Assembly: GCF_004010195.1 (NCBI RefSeq)
Contig: NC_057718.1
Coordinates: forward strand, 55,420,422-55,484,421
From: Chiloscyllium plagiosum
Taxonomy: Eukaryota
Length of the DNA: 64,000 nt
Direction: 5' to 3'
Both the position numbers and the translations under genes were made by a program. Of the stretch, positions 53,380 to 64,000 are shown in pieces. The notes beneath the pieces were generated by a model that was given only the letters and a program-made list of their open reading frames with translations, searched no databases and was not told the origin of the DNA. Every line of letters begins with the position of its first letter. The stretch's first letter is position 1.

Positions 53380-54520
53380 CAATCACTCACTAATGAGTAT
53401 GATTGTCCATCTAAGAAATTGGTCAAAAGTTCTGAGTGCTTGCATGGCTGATGAGCCCAATCCTAGAGACACACCTCTAACCATATGTTTCACAAGTGTT
53501 TCTGGGAAGAGGACTTGGTCCTTGGTCTCATCGAGGTCATTGGCATTCCTATCTCAGGTTCCTTTTCTGTAATTGCTCTTAAAGAAGTGTCAAAAATGTG
53601 TTGCTGGGAAAGTGCAGCAGGTGAGGCAGCATCCAAGGAACAGGAGAATCGACGTTTCGGGCATAAGCCCTTCTTCAGGATTCCTGAAGAAGGGCTTATG
53701 CCCGAAGCGTCGATTCTCCTGTTCCTTGGATGCTGCCTGACCTGCTGCGCTTTTCCAGCAACATATTTTCAGCTCTGATCTCCAGCATCTGCAGTCCTCA
53801 CTTTCTCCTTAAAGAAGTGTCCCTTTGTACAAAATGTTCTACCAGGTTGGTTCCTTCCGAATGAGAGCCTCCCAAACATTGACATCTATATTGCATTCCT
53901 TGAATTAAGCCTTCAGGAAATCTTTGAAACGCTTCCTAGGTCCGCCTTTCATTCAAGTGCCTTCACTGAATGGAACAAAGAAGATTTATTTGGGTAGTTC
54001 AAGCTCAGGCATCCTTAGCAGGTGAGTGCCCAACGGAGTTGGTTTGGGATGATCATGGCATCGATGCTGGTGCTATTAGCTGCTTCGAAGATACCATTGT
54101 TAATACATCTGTCCTCCCAGCTGACGTGGAGAATCTGTCTTAATCAATTGCTCCTACTCTGAATGTATTATTAATATGCCAGAACTTTTACCTCTTGTTT
54201 TTTTATAGATTACTTACAGCGTGGAAACAAGTCCTTCTCTGTCCTCCCAGCTGACGTGGAGAATCTGTCTTAATCAACATTGATGGTACCTCTCCAGGGC
54301 CATGAGGTAGAATCTGTATGAAATCCAAGTTCTAGAGCCATATAGAAGATTCAAGCTAATTAGAATAGTGTCTGAGCTCTGCATGTCATCAACAAACTTA
54401 TTGATGCTCTGCCAACGCCTTTGAACTGATCATTATTAAAGACGGTGATGAGCAATGGATGACAGTGCAATTCCAGGAGTGAGTAGCCACAAACAGAGCT
54501 GATCAGATTAATTACCGCCA
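53380..54520 (-). mobile_element. Decayed RTE-clade LINE 3' part
   Basis: Minus strand LLYGSRTW...LERYHQC*LRQILHVSWEDRCINN...SIDAMIIPNQLRW; boundaries approximate. Confidence 0.7.
53592..53807. mobile_element. Palindromic short Penelope-derived hammerhead element
   Basis: 14-bp TSD cttaaagaagtgtc at 53578-53591 and 53808-53821; near-perfect inverted arms centred on cagga-t-tcctg (about 53671). Confidence 0.85.
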
Positions 54521-55050
54521 CCTGCTTATGCATTGTAACCAGTTTGATATCCAACCTATAATTTTAACAAACATTCTATGGAATTTAAGTTTACTTAGAA
54601 GTCATTTTGAAAGTGTTTCGTCAATTTTTTTTAATGGACCCACTCAGCTTCAAGCAATCTCAAGTCAGATTTGATGTAGCAGAAGTGCAGGAAAAGAACC
54701 CTCACTCTGAACGGCAGTTGCCAATATTGAAAGAACACCCAGCTTAATGTGACCAAGTGACAATTTTCTTCTTTTGAATGTGTGTGCTAACTGCTGATTT
54801 AGGGACATTGAGGGCAGGTATTGGGCAGCATAAATGAAATCCAATTACCTTACTGAACATGTACATTAAGGAGCTACCTTGGTGACAAGCCTGCATCAGG
54901 AGGCCATACTAACACGGCTTCTACAATTTTGCCATGGCTGTCTCCTTTCCCACCATTTGTGGCCTAGTAAAACTCTGCCTGTAGAGTTATTAAAGCAGAA
55001 AAGAAAGCTATTTGGTCCATTAATCCCATGTCAGTCCTCTGTAGAGCAAC

Positions 55051-55249
55051 ATCCTGAGTTCTAGGTATTTTTAATCAAAGTATTCATTATGACACATGCC
55101 TGGAACAGGCAGGACAGGATCCCAGACCTACTGATCCAGAGGTAGGGACATACCACTGGACCACAAGAAACCTATACTCCATTCTGTTCTCTCCCTTTAT
55201 ATCTGCAGCCCTGCCAGTATATTTCCTTTGTGTTTATCTAACTTTCAAG
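55051..55249 (+). repeat. 199-bp direct duplication, copy 2
   Basis: See 53044-53242. Confidence 0.9.
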
Positions 55250-55285
55250 TCATGCCCATTCACCATGCAAGAAGTTTCATACTGC

Positions 55286-56812
55286 AAGGTTTGTGAAGGT
55301 TTGTAGCTCAGGTTGAGGTTTAGGGTGTAGGTTTGCTCGCTGAGCTGTAGGTTTGATATCCAGACGTTTCATTACCTGGCTAGGTAATATCATCGTGGTG
55401 ACCTCCAAGTGAAGCGAAGCTGTTGTCTCCTGCTTTCTATTTATATCTTTCTCCTGGATGGGGTTTGTGGTGATGTCATTTCCTGTTCATTTTCTGAGGT
55501 GTTGATAGATGGTATCTAGATCTTTGTGTTTGTTTATGGCGTTGTGGTTGGAGTGCCAGGCCTCTAGGAATTCTCTGGCATGTCTTTGCTTAGCCTGTCC
55601 CAGGATAGATGTGTTGTCCTAGTTGAAATGGTGGTTTTTTTCATCCNNNNNNNNNNNNNNNNNNNNNNNNNNNNNNNNNNNNNNNNNNNNNNNNNNNNNN
55701 NNNNNNNNNNNNNNNNNNNNNNNNNNNNNNNNNNNNNNNNNNNNNNNNNNNNNNNNNNNNNNNNNNNNNNNNNNNNNNNNNNNNNNNNNNNNNNNNNNNN
55801 NNNNNNNNNNNNNNNNNNNNNNNNNNNNNNNNNNNNNNNNNNNNNNNNNNNNNNNNNNNNNNNNNNNNNNNNNNNNNNNNNNNNNNNNNNNNNNNNNNNN
55901 NNNNNNNNNNNNNNNNNNNNNNNNNNNNNNNNNNNNNNNNNNNNNNNNNNNNNNNNNNNNNNNNNNNNNNNNNNNNNNNNNNNNNNNNNNNNNNNNNNNN
56001 NNNNNNNNNNNNNNNNNNNNNNNNNNNNNNNNNNNNNNNNNNNNNNNNNNNNNNNNNNNNNNNNNNNNNNNNNNNNNNNNNNNNNNNNNNNNNNNNNNNN
56101 NNNNNNNNNNNNNNNNNNNNNNNNNNNNNNNNNNNNNNNNNNNNNNNNNNNNNNNNNNNNNNNNNNNNNNNNNNNNNNNNNNNNNNNNNNNNNNNNNNNN
56201 NNNNNNTGAGGAATCTGCGCACTGTATTTTTTGAGTATCCGTTCTTCTTGAATACGTTGTATAAGTGGTTCTCCTCTGTTTTCTGAAGTTCGTCTGTGCT
56301 GCAGTCTGTGGTGGCTCGTTGGAATAGTGTTCTGATGCAGCTTTGTTTGTGTGTGTGTTGGGACGGTTGCTGGTGTAGTTAAGTATTTGGTCAGTGTTTG
56401 TCGGTTTTCTGTATACGCAGGTTTGTAGTTCTCCATTGTCCTTTCTTTCGACTGTGACATCCAGGAATGCGAGTTTGTTGTCGGTTTCTTCCTCCTTGGT
56501 GAACTTTATGCCTGTGAGGGTGTTTTTGATGATGTTAAATGTTTCTTCTATCTTGTTTCGTTTTGTGATGACAAAGGTGTCATCTACGTAGTGGACCCAG
56601 ATTCCTAGTAGCACACAAACCCACCAACACTCTCAAACAAAAACGAACAAACTTAAAAGACCCAGTACAACCCATGGACAAAACCAACGTCATCTACAAA
56701 ATTCCATGCAAGGACTGCCACAAACACTACGTAGGACAAACAGGAAGAAAGTTAGCCACCAGGATACACGAACACAAAAAGACACAACCCTCTCCCTCGT
56801 AGCCCTACACAG
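55286..56812 (-). mobile_element. Penelope-like retroelement (RT on minus, inverted GIY-YIG segment on plus), spanning N gap
   Basis: Minus: WVHYVDDTFV...FTKEEE..KLAFLDVTV...VYRKPTNT; plus about 56615-56775: NVIYKIPCKDCHKHYVGQTGRKLATRIHEH; hammerhead-like motif at 55360-55398 on minus. Confidence 0.9.
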
Positions 56813-57279
56813 GACAATGGCCTTTTATGGCACTAACTGCTGTGGGGCAAATGTGAGGGTATAGTCTTTGAATGTTATTGATTCATCCACTGATCTATTC
56901 ATTACGTTGGTAGGGTGAGTAGGTTGAGAAGATAAATTCGAAGTGGAAAAGGCCGTGGATGTGGAAATTTGTAGGTGAGTGGTTTGGTCAGGGGATAGTC
57001 AGGTAACCATGGGGGTACTTGGCTTGTGCAAGTAATTAAGTGGTTAGTAGAATAGCCAAAGGATCAGGGCTTGATTGAGTAAGCAGTTATGAAGTTACCC
57101 AGGTATTAACCTAGGCTTTAGTCTGCTTTAATATTTCCTAGGTAACTATTCAGGTAAGTAACGTGGAATTGTCTGAAGAATCCAACACCAGCTTTGAATC
57201 TGAAACATTGGCTAAGGGTCCTGAAACGAAGGGGAATTGTCTATAAGATATTTTAACTTCTCTGACAATTACCATATAG

Positions 57280-58400
57280 GTCCATGCATTTTGACTTCAA
57301 TAGGGTCCTGAAACATTTTTAGTCATAGATCCAGTATCCAATCATCCAGAGATCAGAAGATTTAGCCAAATAACTTTATTAAATCTTATTCCATATGCTT
57401 TGCTAACTACTTTTGAAGTGTCATTTTCAAAAGTCCGTGTACATGCTCTCCCTAACCCAATGTTCCTCCACCCATTAGCATTCATTCGAACAGTACCATT
57501 AAGCATTTGGTGTCTTTATATCCCTTTTGCCAGAATGAATCACTTTAATTACTGTGTTAAATTCTATCTGCTACTTGCTTGTCCATTTTGTCAGTCTATG
57601 TACTTTTGAAGTCAAATAGTATTTTTCTTACAATTTGCCACACCTCAAGTTTGATATCAAAACAAAGTTTGAAATTTTAACCTGTACTTAAATTTCAAAG
57701 TCATTTATTTATAATTTTAAAAATGGTGGGCCTCACACTGATTCTTTGGAATCACTACTGATGACTATCTCCCAGTCAGAAAAATAACCATTTGCCACAA
57801 CTCACCAGTTTCTTTCCTTGTCTTTTCTTTATCCAATCTAACACTGATCTGCCTATTCCAAGAACTTCAGTTTTGTTCACCTGCTATTTTTGTGTCATTT
57901 TGTCAAATGTTCTTAAAATGGAAAGCGACCTCAGAATTCCCTTTATCAACCTGCTATGTTACTTCATCGAAACATTCAATCAGATGAGTCAAGCACCAAC
58001 CGACTTTTACAAATTCATGTTGGTAATCCTTAGTTAGTTTGAACCTCTCCAAGTGTGTCACGTTTTTCCTTAATTATTGTTTCTAAACTTTACTCAACAT
58101 TGATATTAAATTGACCAACCTGTAGTGACAATTAATTCTCTCACTCTTGAATAGGAATTTACATTTGTTGCTTTCTAATCCACTGACCTCCCACCACATA
58201 CCTAGAGAAGGTTGAAAAGTTCTTCTGCTATATACATCCCAAATGCCCTTAGCTACCTGAGGTGCAAACCATTCAGACTAGTCAATTTAACCACTCTAAC
58301 CACAACCAGCCATTCCACTACATTTGCCTATCAATTTCACTCTGTCCATTAGTTCTAACAGCTCCACTTTCACGGATACTTTTGGTCAGTACCTTTTTTC
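57280..58400 (-). mobile_element. Very old CR1-like LINE remnant
   Basis: Patchy similarity to the other minus-strand CR1 RT copies. Confidence 0.55.
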
Positions 58401-58952
58401 TTCAGAAACATCTGTACAAAGGAGTTGTTGGGCTCTATTTTGTGGATGCAAAAGTGGAAAACTGCATCACAATTTGCAGCATGCAGTCATGCACCAAAAA
58501 CCCAAAGTTGTGACAATAGCTGAATCTTATCAGAAATTGGCCAAGTGTTACATTTGTTGAGTTCCATAAATGGCTTCTCTTTAGGAGGCCTAGTAGCTTT
58601 TCTCACATAATCATCCCAAAATCCCCTGATTAACCATCTACCATTCCCCTAAAGCTGATCCTATTTTCCTACTCACCAAAGGCTGACGTGTGTGCAACAG
58701 CCAGGAGCTCCAGGTTTACTGGACATTTCAAAACCTACGGTGCCCCCATTCCAAGTGCTGGCAATCTGCTTGATCCCTTTGAAAAGTCCTGGAGATGACA
58801 GATAAGGGTAAATTGGTGTCCACTTTGTGGACAGGGGTTTGGAGATCCTAGTGGTCAAGATGGCACAGAAATGTCCACATACCTCAAAATCAGCAGAGGA
58901 CGCCACAACATTAGAGTACCTGCCTTGTCTTAGGCTGTCAATCTGGTCAATG

Positions 58953-59136
58953 GGGGTCCAAAAGTGTGGTACTGGAAAAGCACAGCCAGTCAGGCAGCAT
59001 CCGAGGAACAGGAGAATCAATGTTTCGAGCATAAACTCTTCATCAGGAATTCCTCGGATGCTGCCTGACTTGCTGTGCTTTTCCATTGCCACACATTTTG
59101 ACTCTGATCTTGAGCATCTGCAGTCCTCACTTTTTC
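58953..59136. mobile_element. Palindromic short Penelope-derived element (degenerate hammerhead)
   Basis: 10-bp TSD ctggtcaatg at 58943-58952 and 59137-59146; inverted arms. Confidence 0.75.
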
Positions 59137-59229
59137 CTGGTCAATGAGATTCCATTCATTCTTAGGAATATCCAGTAGTGTAAGATGGAGGTCAATGAAC
59201 TTCTCTGCTCCTTCAGGGTGAGTGCTTGA

Positions 59230-60715
59230 GTTTGATTTATTGTTTTCACGTACCAAGACACCATGAAAAGTTTTGTTTTGCATGTTATGCAGGCATATCA
59301 TACCATACAATGTGCAACAGGGTAGCAGAACATGTGCAGAATACAGTGTTACAACCACAGAGAAGGTATAGAGAGAGATAGATCAGAACTAATGTTTGTG
59401 AGAGATCCGTTCAAAAGTCTGATAACATCAGGGAAGAAGCTGTTCTTGAATCTGTTTGTATAAATATTCAAACTTTTATATCTTTTGCCTGACTGAAGAG
59501 GATGAAAGAGTAAAACTGAGGTGTGAGAGGTCTTTAATTATATGGTTGCCTTCCTGAGGCAGTAGAAAGTATAAATGGAGTCAATGGAAGGAAGGCAGGT
59601 TTGCTTGATGGACTTGGCTGTGTTCATGACTCTAGTTCCTTCCTACCAGTTGCCATACCATGCCGTGATGCATGCAGATAGGATCCTTTCTGTGGTGCAC
59701 CTGTAACAATTGGTAAGAGTCCTTTTGGACATGTTGAGTTTCCTTAGCCTCCTGAAACATTGTTGTGCTGTGTTGACTGTCTTGTTGATAGGTGTAGAAC
59801 AGGACAGATTGTTGGTGATCGTCACTCCCAGAAACCTGACCCTCTCGACCAACTCCACCTCCGCACCATTGATGCAGTACAAGGAGGGTGCCCTCCACTC
59901 CACTTCCTGAAGTTAATGATGAGCTTCTCCGTTTTGCTGCTGTTGATGAGGAGATTGTTGTCATATGCCATGTCACTAAGCACTCAATCTCTTTCCTGTA
60001 TTCTGTCTCATCGTTGTCTGAGATCCACCCTACAACAGGGGTGTCATCGGAAAATTTGTAAATGGAGTTGTTGAGGAATTTGGCCACACAATCATGGGTG
60101 TACAAGGAGTACAGTAAAGGGTGTGTTCGCAGCCTTGCAGGGCAACAGTGTTCAGGATTATGGTGGAGGAGATATTGCTTATTCTTACTGATTGCAGTCT
60201 ATGGGTCAAGACGTCGAGGATCCAGTTACAGAGAGGAGAGTTTAGAGATTAGTTTGTTTGGAATTATGGTGTTGAAGGTGGAGCAGTCGTCAATAAGTAG
60301 GAACTTGACATAGGTATCCTTATTATCCAGATGTTCCAGGGATGATTATATGGCCAGGGAGATGCTATTTCCACGGATCCGTTGCGCCAGTAGGCGAATT
60401 ACAAAGGATCAAGGCAGTTTGGGAGGATGGAATTGATGTGAGCAATGACTAATTTCTCAAAGCTCTTCATAATTATGGAGGTCAGCGCCACTGGATGGCA
60501 ATTATTGAGATACACCGGGATGAGGGTGGTGGTCTTCTTGAAGTGGTTGGACACTTCAGATCGTAGTAAGGAGAGGTTAAAGATGTCTGTGAATACTCCC
60601 GCCAGCTGGTCCACACAGTATCTGAGTGCACAGCCGGAGCATCTAACCAGGCTAGCTACTTTCCATGGGTTCACTCTCAAGAAAACCAATCTAACATCCA
60701 CAGCATGACCATGTT
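59230..60715 (-). mobile_element. Rex1/Babar-clade LINE, decayed RT and 3' end
   Basis: [70 protein letters not shown]. Confidence 0.85.
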
Positions 60716-61080
60716 GCAAGTGCATCCAAAGGTGTTGAGATAGGTGACATTGTTTTCCTGATCTTCTGTTCAAAGTGAGCATAGAATGCATCGAGCTCAT
60801 TGGGTAGGAATGTACTGTGCTTCCATCTTCTTTCTGATATCAAACAGTTACAGTATATCTGCTACTGTACCTACCTCCCTGCAAGGCTCATGCTTCACTA
60901 TAGCATGTAACATCTTCCCTCACTCATTTCTACAAATCCCAACCAGTCCTATAGAGACACCAAAATATCCAAGTCCTGACAACCTAGTAAGAAGCATTGT
61001 CTGTTGCTGTGCTAATCTCCCATTGCTCCTACTCTGAATGTATTATTAATATGCCAGAACTTTTACCTCTTGTTTTTTTA

Positions 61081-61370
61081 TAGATTACTTACAGCGTGGA
61101 AACAAGTCCTTCAGCCCAACAAGTCCACACCGACCCTCCGAAGAGCAACTCGCCCAGACCCATTCCCCTACATTTACCCCTTCACCTAACACTACGAGCA
61201 ATTTAGCTTGGCCAATTCACCTAATCTGCACATCTTTGTGACTGTGGGAGGAAACCCCACGCAGACACTGGGAGAACGTGCAAGCTCCACACAGACAGTT
61301 GCCCGAGGTGGGAATTGAACCCAGGTCTCTAGCACTGTGAGGCAGCAGTGCTAACCACTGTGCCACCGTG
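61081..61370 (-). mobile_element. HE1-like V-SINE
   Basis: Reverse complement of the 5582 family with a small internal deletion. Confidence 0.9.
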
Positions 61371-63134
61371 GTTTGTAATGCATTTTATCTTTTGTCTGCT
61401 GCAGGCAAAAGTGGCATTGTCTCTGTTGCCAAGAGGGTGGCCCTACAAGAGAACCCCTTCCTCCACCACAGAGAAAGAGAGCACAGATGTCTTAGAGGAA
61501 GCACAAGTCGCCAGCATTCTGCAGCCTGCATCAACTCAGACAGACATCTCAGTAGATTAGAGTTGGACGTACTGCTGACTCAATGATTCACCCTTCCACA
61601 TTACTTCATTCTTTTCGATGCTATATCGACTCCCTCCTTATATATTGAGTTTACCCTTTATAATTATTATCCTCTCCATCCCAGCATTCTTTGTTCCCCA
61701 CATTCTCTCCACCAACAGTGACTCCTGATAATCTCTGCTTGAATTTTATTGGTCAGACCCCCAAGACTGACCTTGGCCCAACCCCTTTGACTGAAGTAGA
61801 TGAACAGCCCCGAATAATGAGTGAGCACACCGCAGAATTATATCAGTACGGTTCCCCAACTGACATTTTGAGACATCCCTTTCTGGATGTGCAGGACCCA
61901 AATGCTGATTTGGCCCACTCCATGCACTGTAGTAAAATGACCCCCTGACCATGAGAACCCTGGATGGTCAACCAAATGTGTCCAAGCCTCAGGACTGATA
62001 GGGGAAGCTGCCCTTAACTGATTATGCTGGGACCCAATGGCTTAACTGTGCCTCCCTTAATTTGACTGAGGACTACTCACTGTAGACTTTGAGATATGGC
62101 CTTTTGTTTACAGCACATGCAATGTATATGCCTCTACACTACAGACTATGGTGCGCGTGGGAGATTGATGTAGCACAGTGCCGTACAACAACATGTCCAG
62201 CCACACAACTGACCACTGAATAAGCTGCCTGGCTTTGTGTCTGCACTGAAAAACAATTCGTCAGAAGTACGATGAGCCTGTTCTGATTGGCTCAGGGGTC
62301 AAGATGCAAAAACGCAAGGCAGGGATTTTATGAGCATCCAAGCAGATGCAGAGTGAATGAGCACTATGAAAGCAAGGTGTATGAGGCAGCCTGGGAGAAT
62401 CTATGAGTTGGGTGAAAAGTGTTGCAGCAGCACTCCAATGAAAGGTGCCAGTCTGGTCCATTGTACAGCATTGAATTGCAGAACCTTATTTGTTGTGGGT
62501 AAAGCACCACAAACTACCTTTAATTTGGTTATGTATTAAGACAATCAAGTACTAAAACAATGATTTAGACTTCATTGCATGTAGCAACCAAAATACGATC
62601 ACTCAAGTAAACAAATCAAGCCTCACAATTCAACTTGGCTACTCCCCAATTAATGGTAGAATTTAACTATGATTCTAACCAACAGTGTCTATCTCTGAAG
62701 GTCTAGGATTTTGCCCATGTGTAGTGTTGATCTTCAAAGTTCTGCTACTGGGTTGTTCTGGTGTTGGATTCTTATACAGATTTTCAGTCTTTAGGTGTAT
62801 GATGTGGTTCTTTAGATTCTTTCATCCACAATACTACAGCTTGCTTTTTTATCAGAAGTAGCTTCTTTGTTCCTTGTAACATTTAACCTGAACTGTCTAT
62901 TTGAGCACACAGCTTTCCTGAGATTAACTTCTTAAATTCTTCTGCAGGATAACCAGTTGCCCTTATGACTTAATGCAGCCGGTTATTGAGCAGATGCCAA
63001 AACAGTTTTGTTCATGTATCAGTTTCATCTCCTTCTTTTCCTAGACATGGCTAATTGCTTTCAATTCCTATATAAGGTTGTCCTTATCTTTAATAGTTTA
63101 TTCCAGACAGAGTTATTACTGCTTCTTTCCATGT

Positions 63135-63295
63135 CTGATAGACAAGCAAGAGTCCGGCAGCAAGCCCAAGCAGTGTCAGGAAGTGGAGAAGTCAACATTT
63201 CGGATGTAACCCTTCAGGACTGGGGGTGGATGTAAGGGGAGCTGCAGATAAAGGGAGGATGGGGGAGGGTTTTGGATGAGGAAAGGAGTGGAGTG
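63135..63295 (-). mobile_element. Penelope pLTR fragment with degenerate hammerhead
   Basis: Minus strand agtc CTGAAG ggttacatcc GAAATGTT gact; resembles the 32325 copy. Confidence 0.6.
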
Positions 63296-64000
63296 GAATT
63301 GTCAATATCTACTGTCTACCCGATGAGTGGAAGGTAGGAAATTGCATTTTAATGAGGTTAAATGAAGGAATAATAAGATATTAATACATGCTAATGTATG
63401 CAAATAGGCCTCTTGCTGCTCACTAGTGAGAATCTCATTCAACACATTTTTGGGAAATAGGACTTTTTTTGCTCTCAACTTCATCCAATGTATCCGGAAG
63501 AATCACTGCTGATGATCCTGGCAAACTGCATTTTAAAGCAACAGGAACACATACTTCAAAATGTCAGTTGATTGAATACAAGCATCAACAGAATCTCACA
63601 TACATATTTTTAGAGCTGGTACTAGCAAGATCCACTATTCCAGAACAGCAGCATTTAAATTTTGAATTGTGTTTGTTAAATATAAACTTTAAGCACATCA
63701 AACCCCTTGTTTATCTGACTTATTGACAAGATTGAGTTACTAAGACTGATAAATTTGAAAAAAATTACAAGTTTTGTAATCCTGTTTACATGAATATGGG
63801 ATTGACTTCAAAATAATTGAGACTATTTTTCTAACATTCAGTGGCATAATCCCTGCCCCACCTCAGGAAAGTGGAGCAAGTTACATTCTGTTTTAGCAGC
63901 AATTCCTTGTTTCAAAATTTTTGAGGTAACTCTTGCTGAACAATGTAAAATTGAGATGCTTGGTACAATTGTCAAACATGCTGTGTTAATATCTATTTCC

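Noticed and set aside
61348..64000. Short ORFs downstream of the gene as a possible neighbouring gene
   Set aside because: No recognisable protein similarity or consistent splice structure

Overview
Eukaryotic genomic DNA, most likely shark/elasmobranch (HE1-like V-SINEs, CR1, Rex1, RTE and Penelope repeats), with two N gaps (7657-8096, 55647-56206). The + strand carries the 3' half of a beta-II spectrin gene (SPTBN1): 17 coding exons from 723 to the stop at 51226-51228, all with AG/GT boundaries and consistent phases. They encode late spectrin repeats, the linker and the PH domain. A read-through alternative C-terminus (33997-34083) matches the short PH-less betaII-sigma2 isoform. Introns and the 3' flank are rich in transposons. 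The most striking non-gene signal is at least three families of Penelope-like elements plus their short TSD-flanked derivatives, all carrying minimal hammerhead-ribozyme motifs (CTGANGA...GAAAC-GTH), several in the sense strand of the pre-mRNA. Also seen: a candidate unannotated exon in a TE-poor, RBFOX/QKI-motif-rich intron, a 91-bp templated insertion copied from about 7 kb away, a 199-bp dispersed duplication, a probable solo LTR and a three-level nested insertion. All calls were made by eye and from recalled family features; no searches were run.
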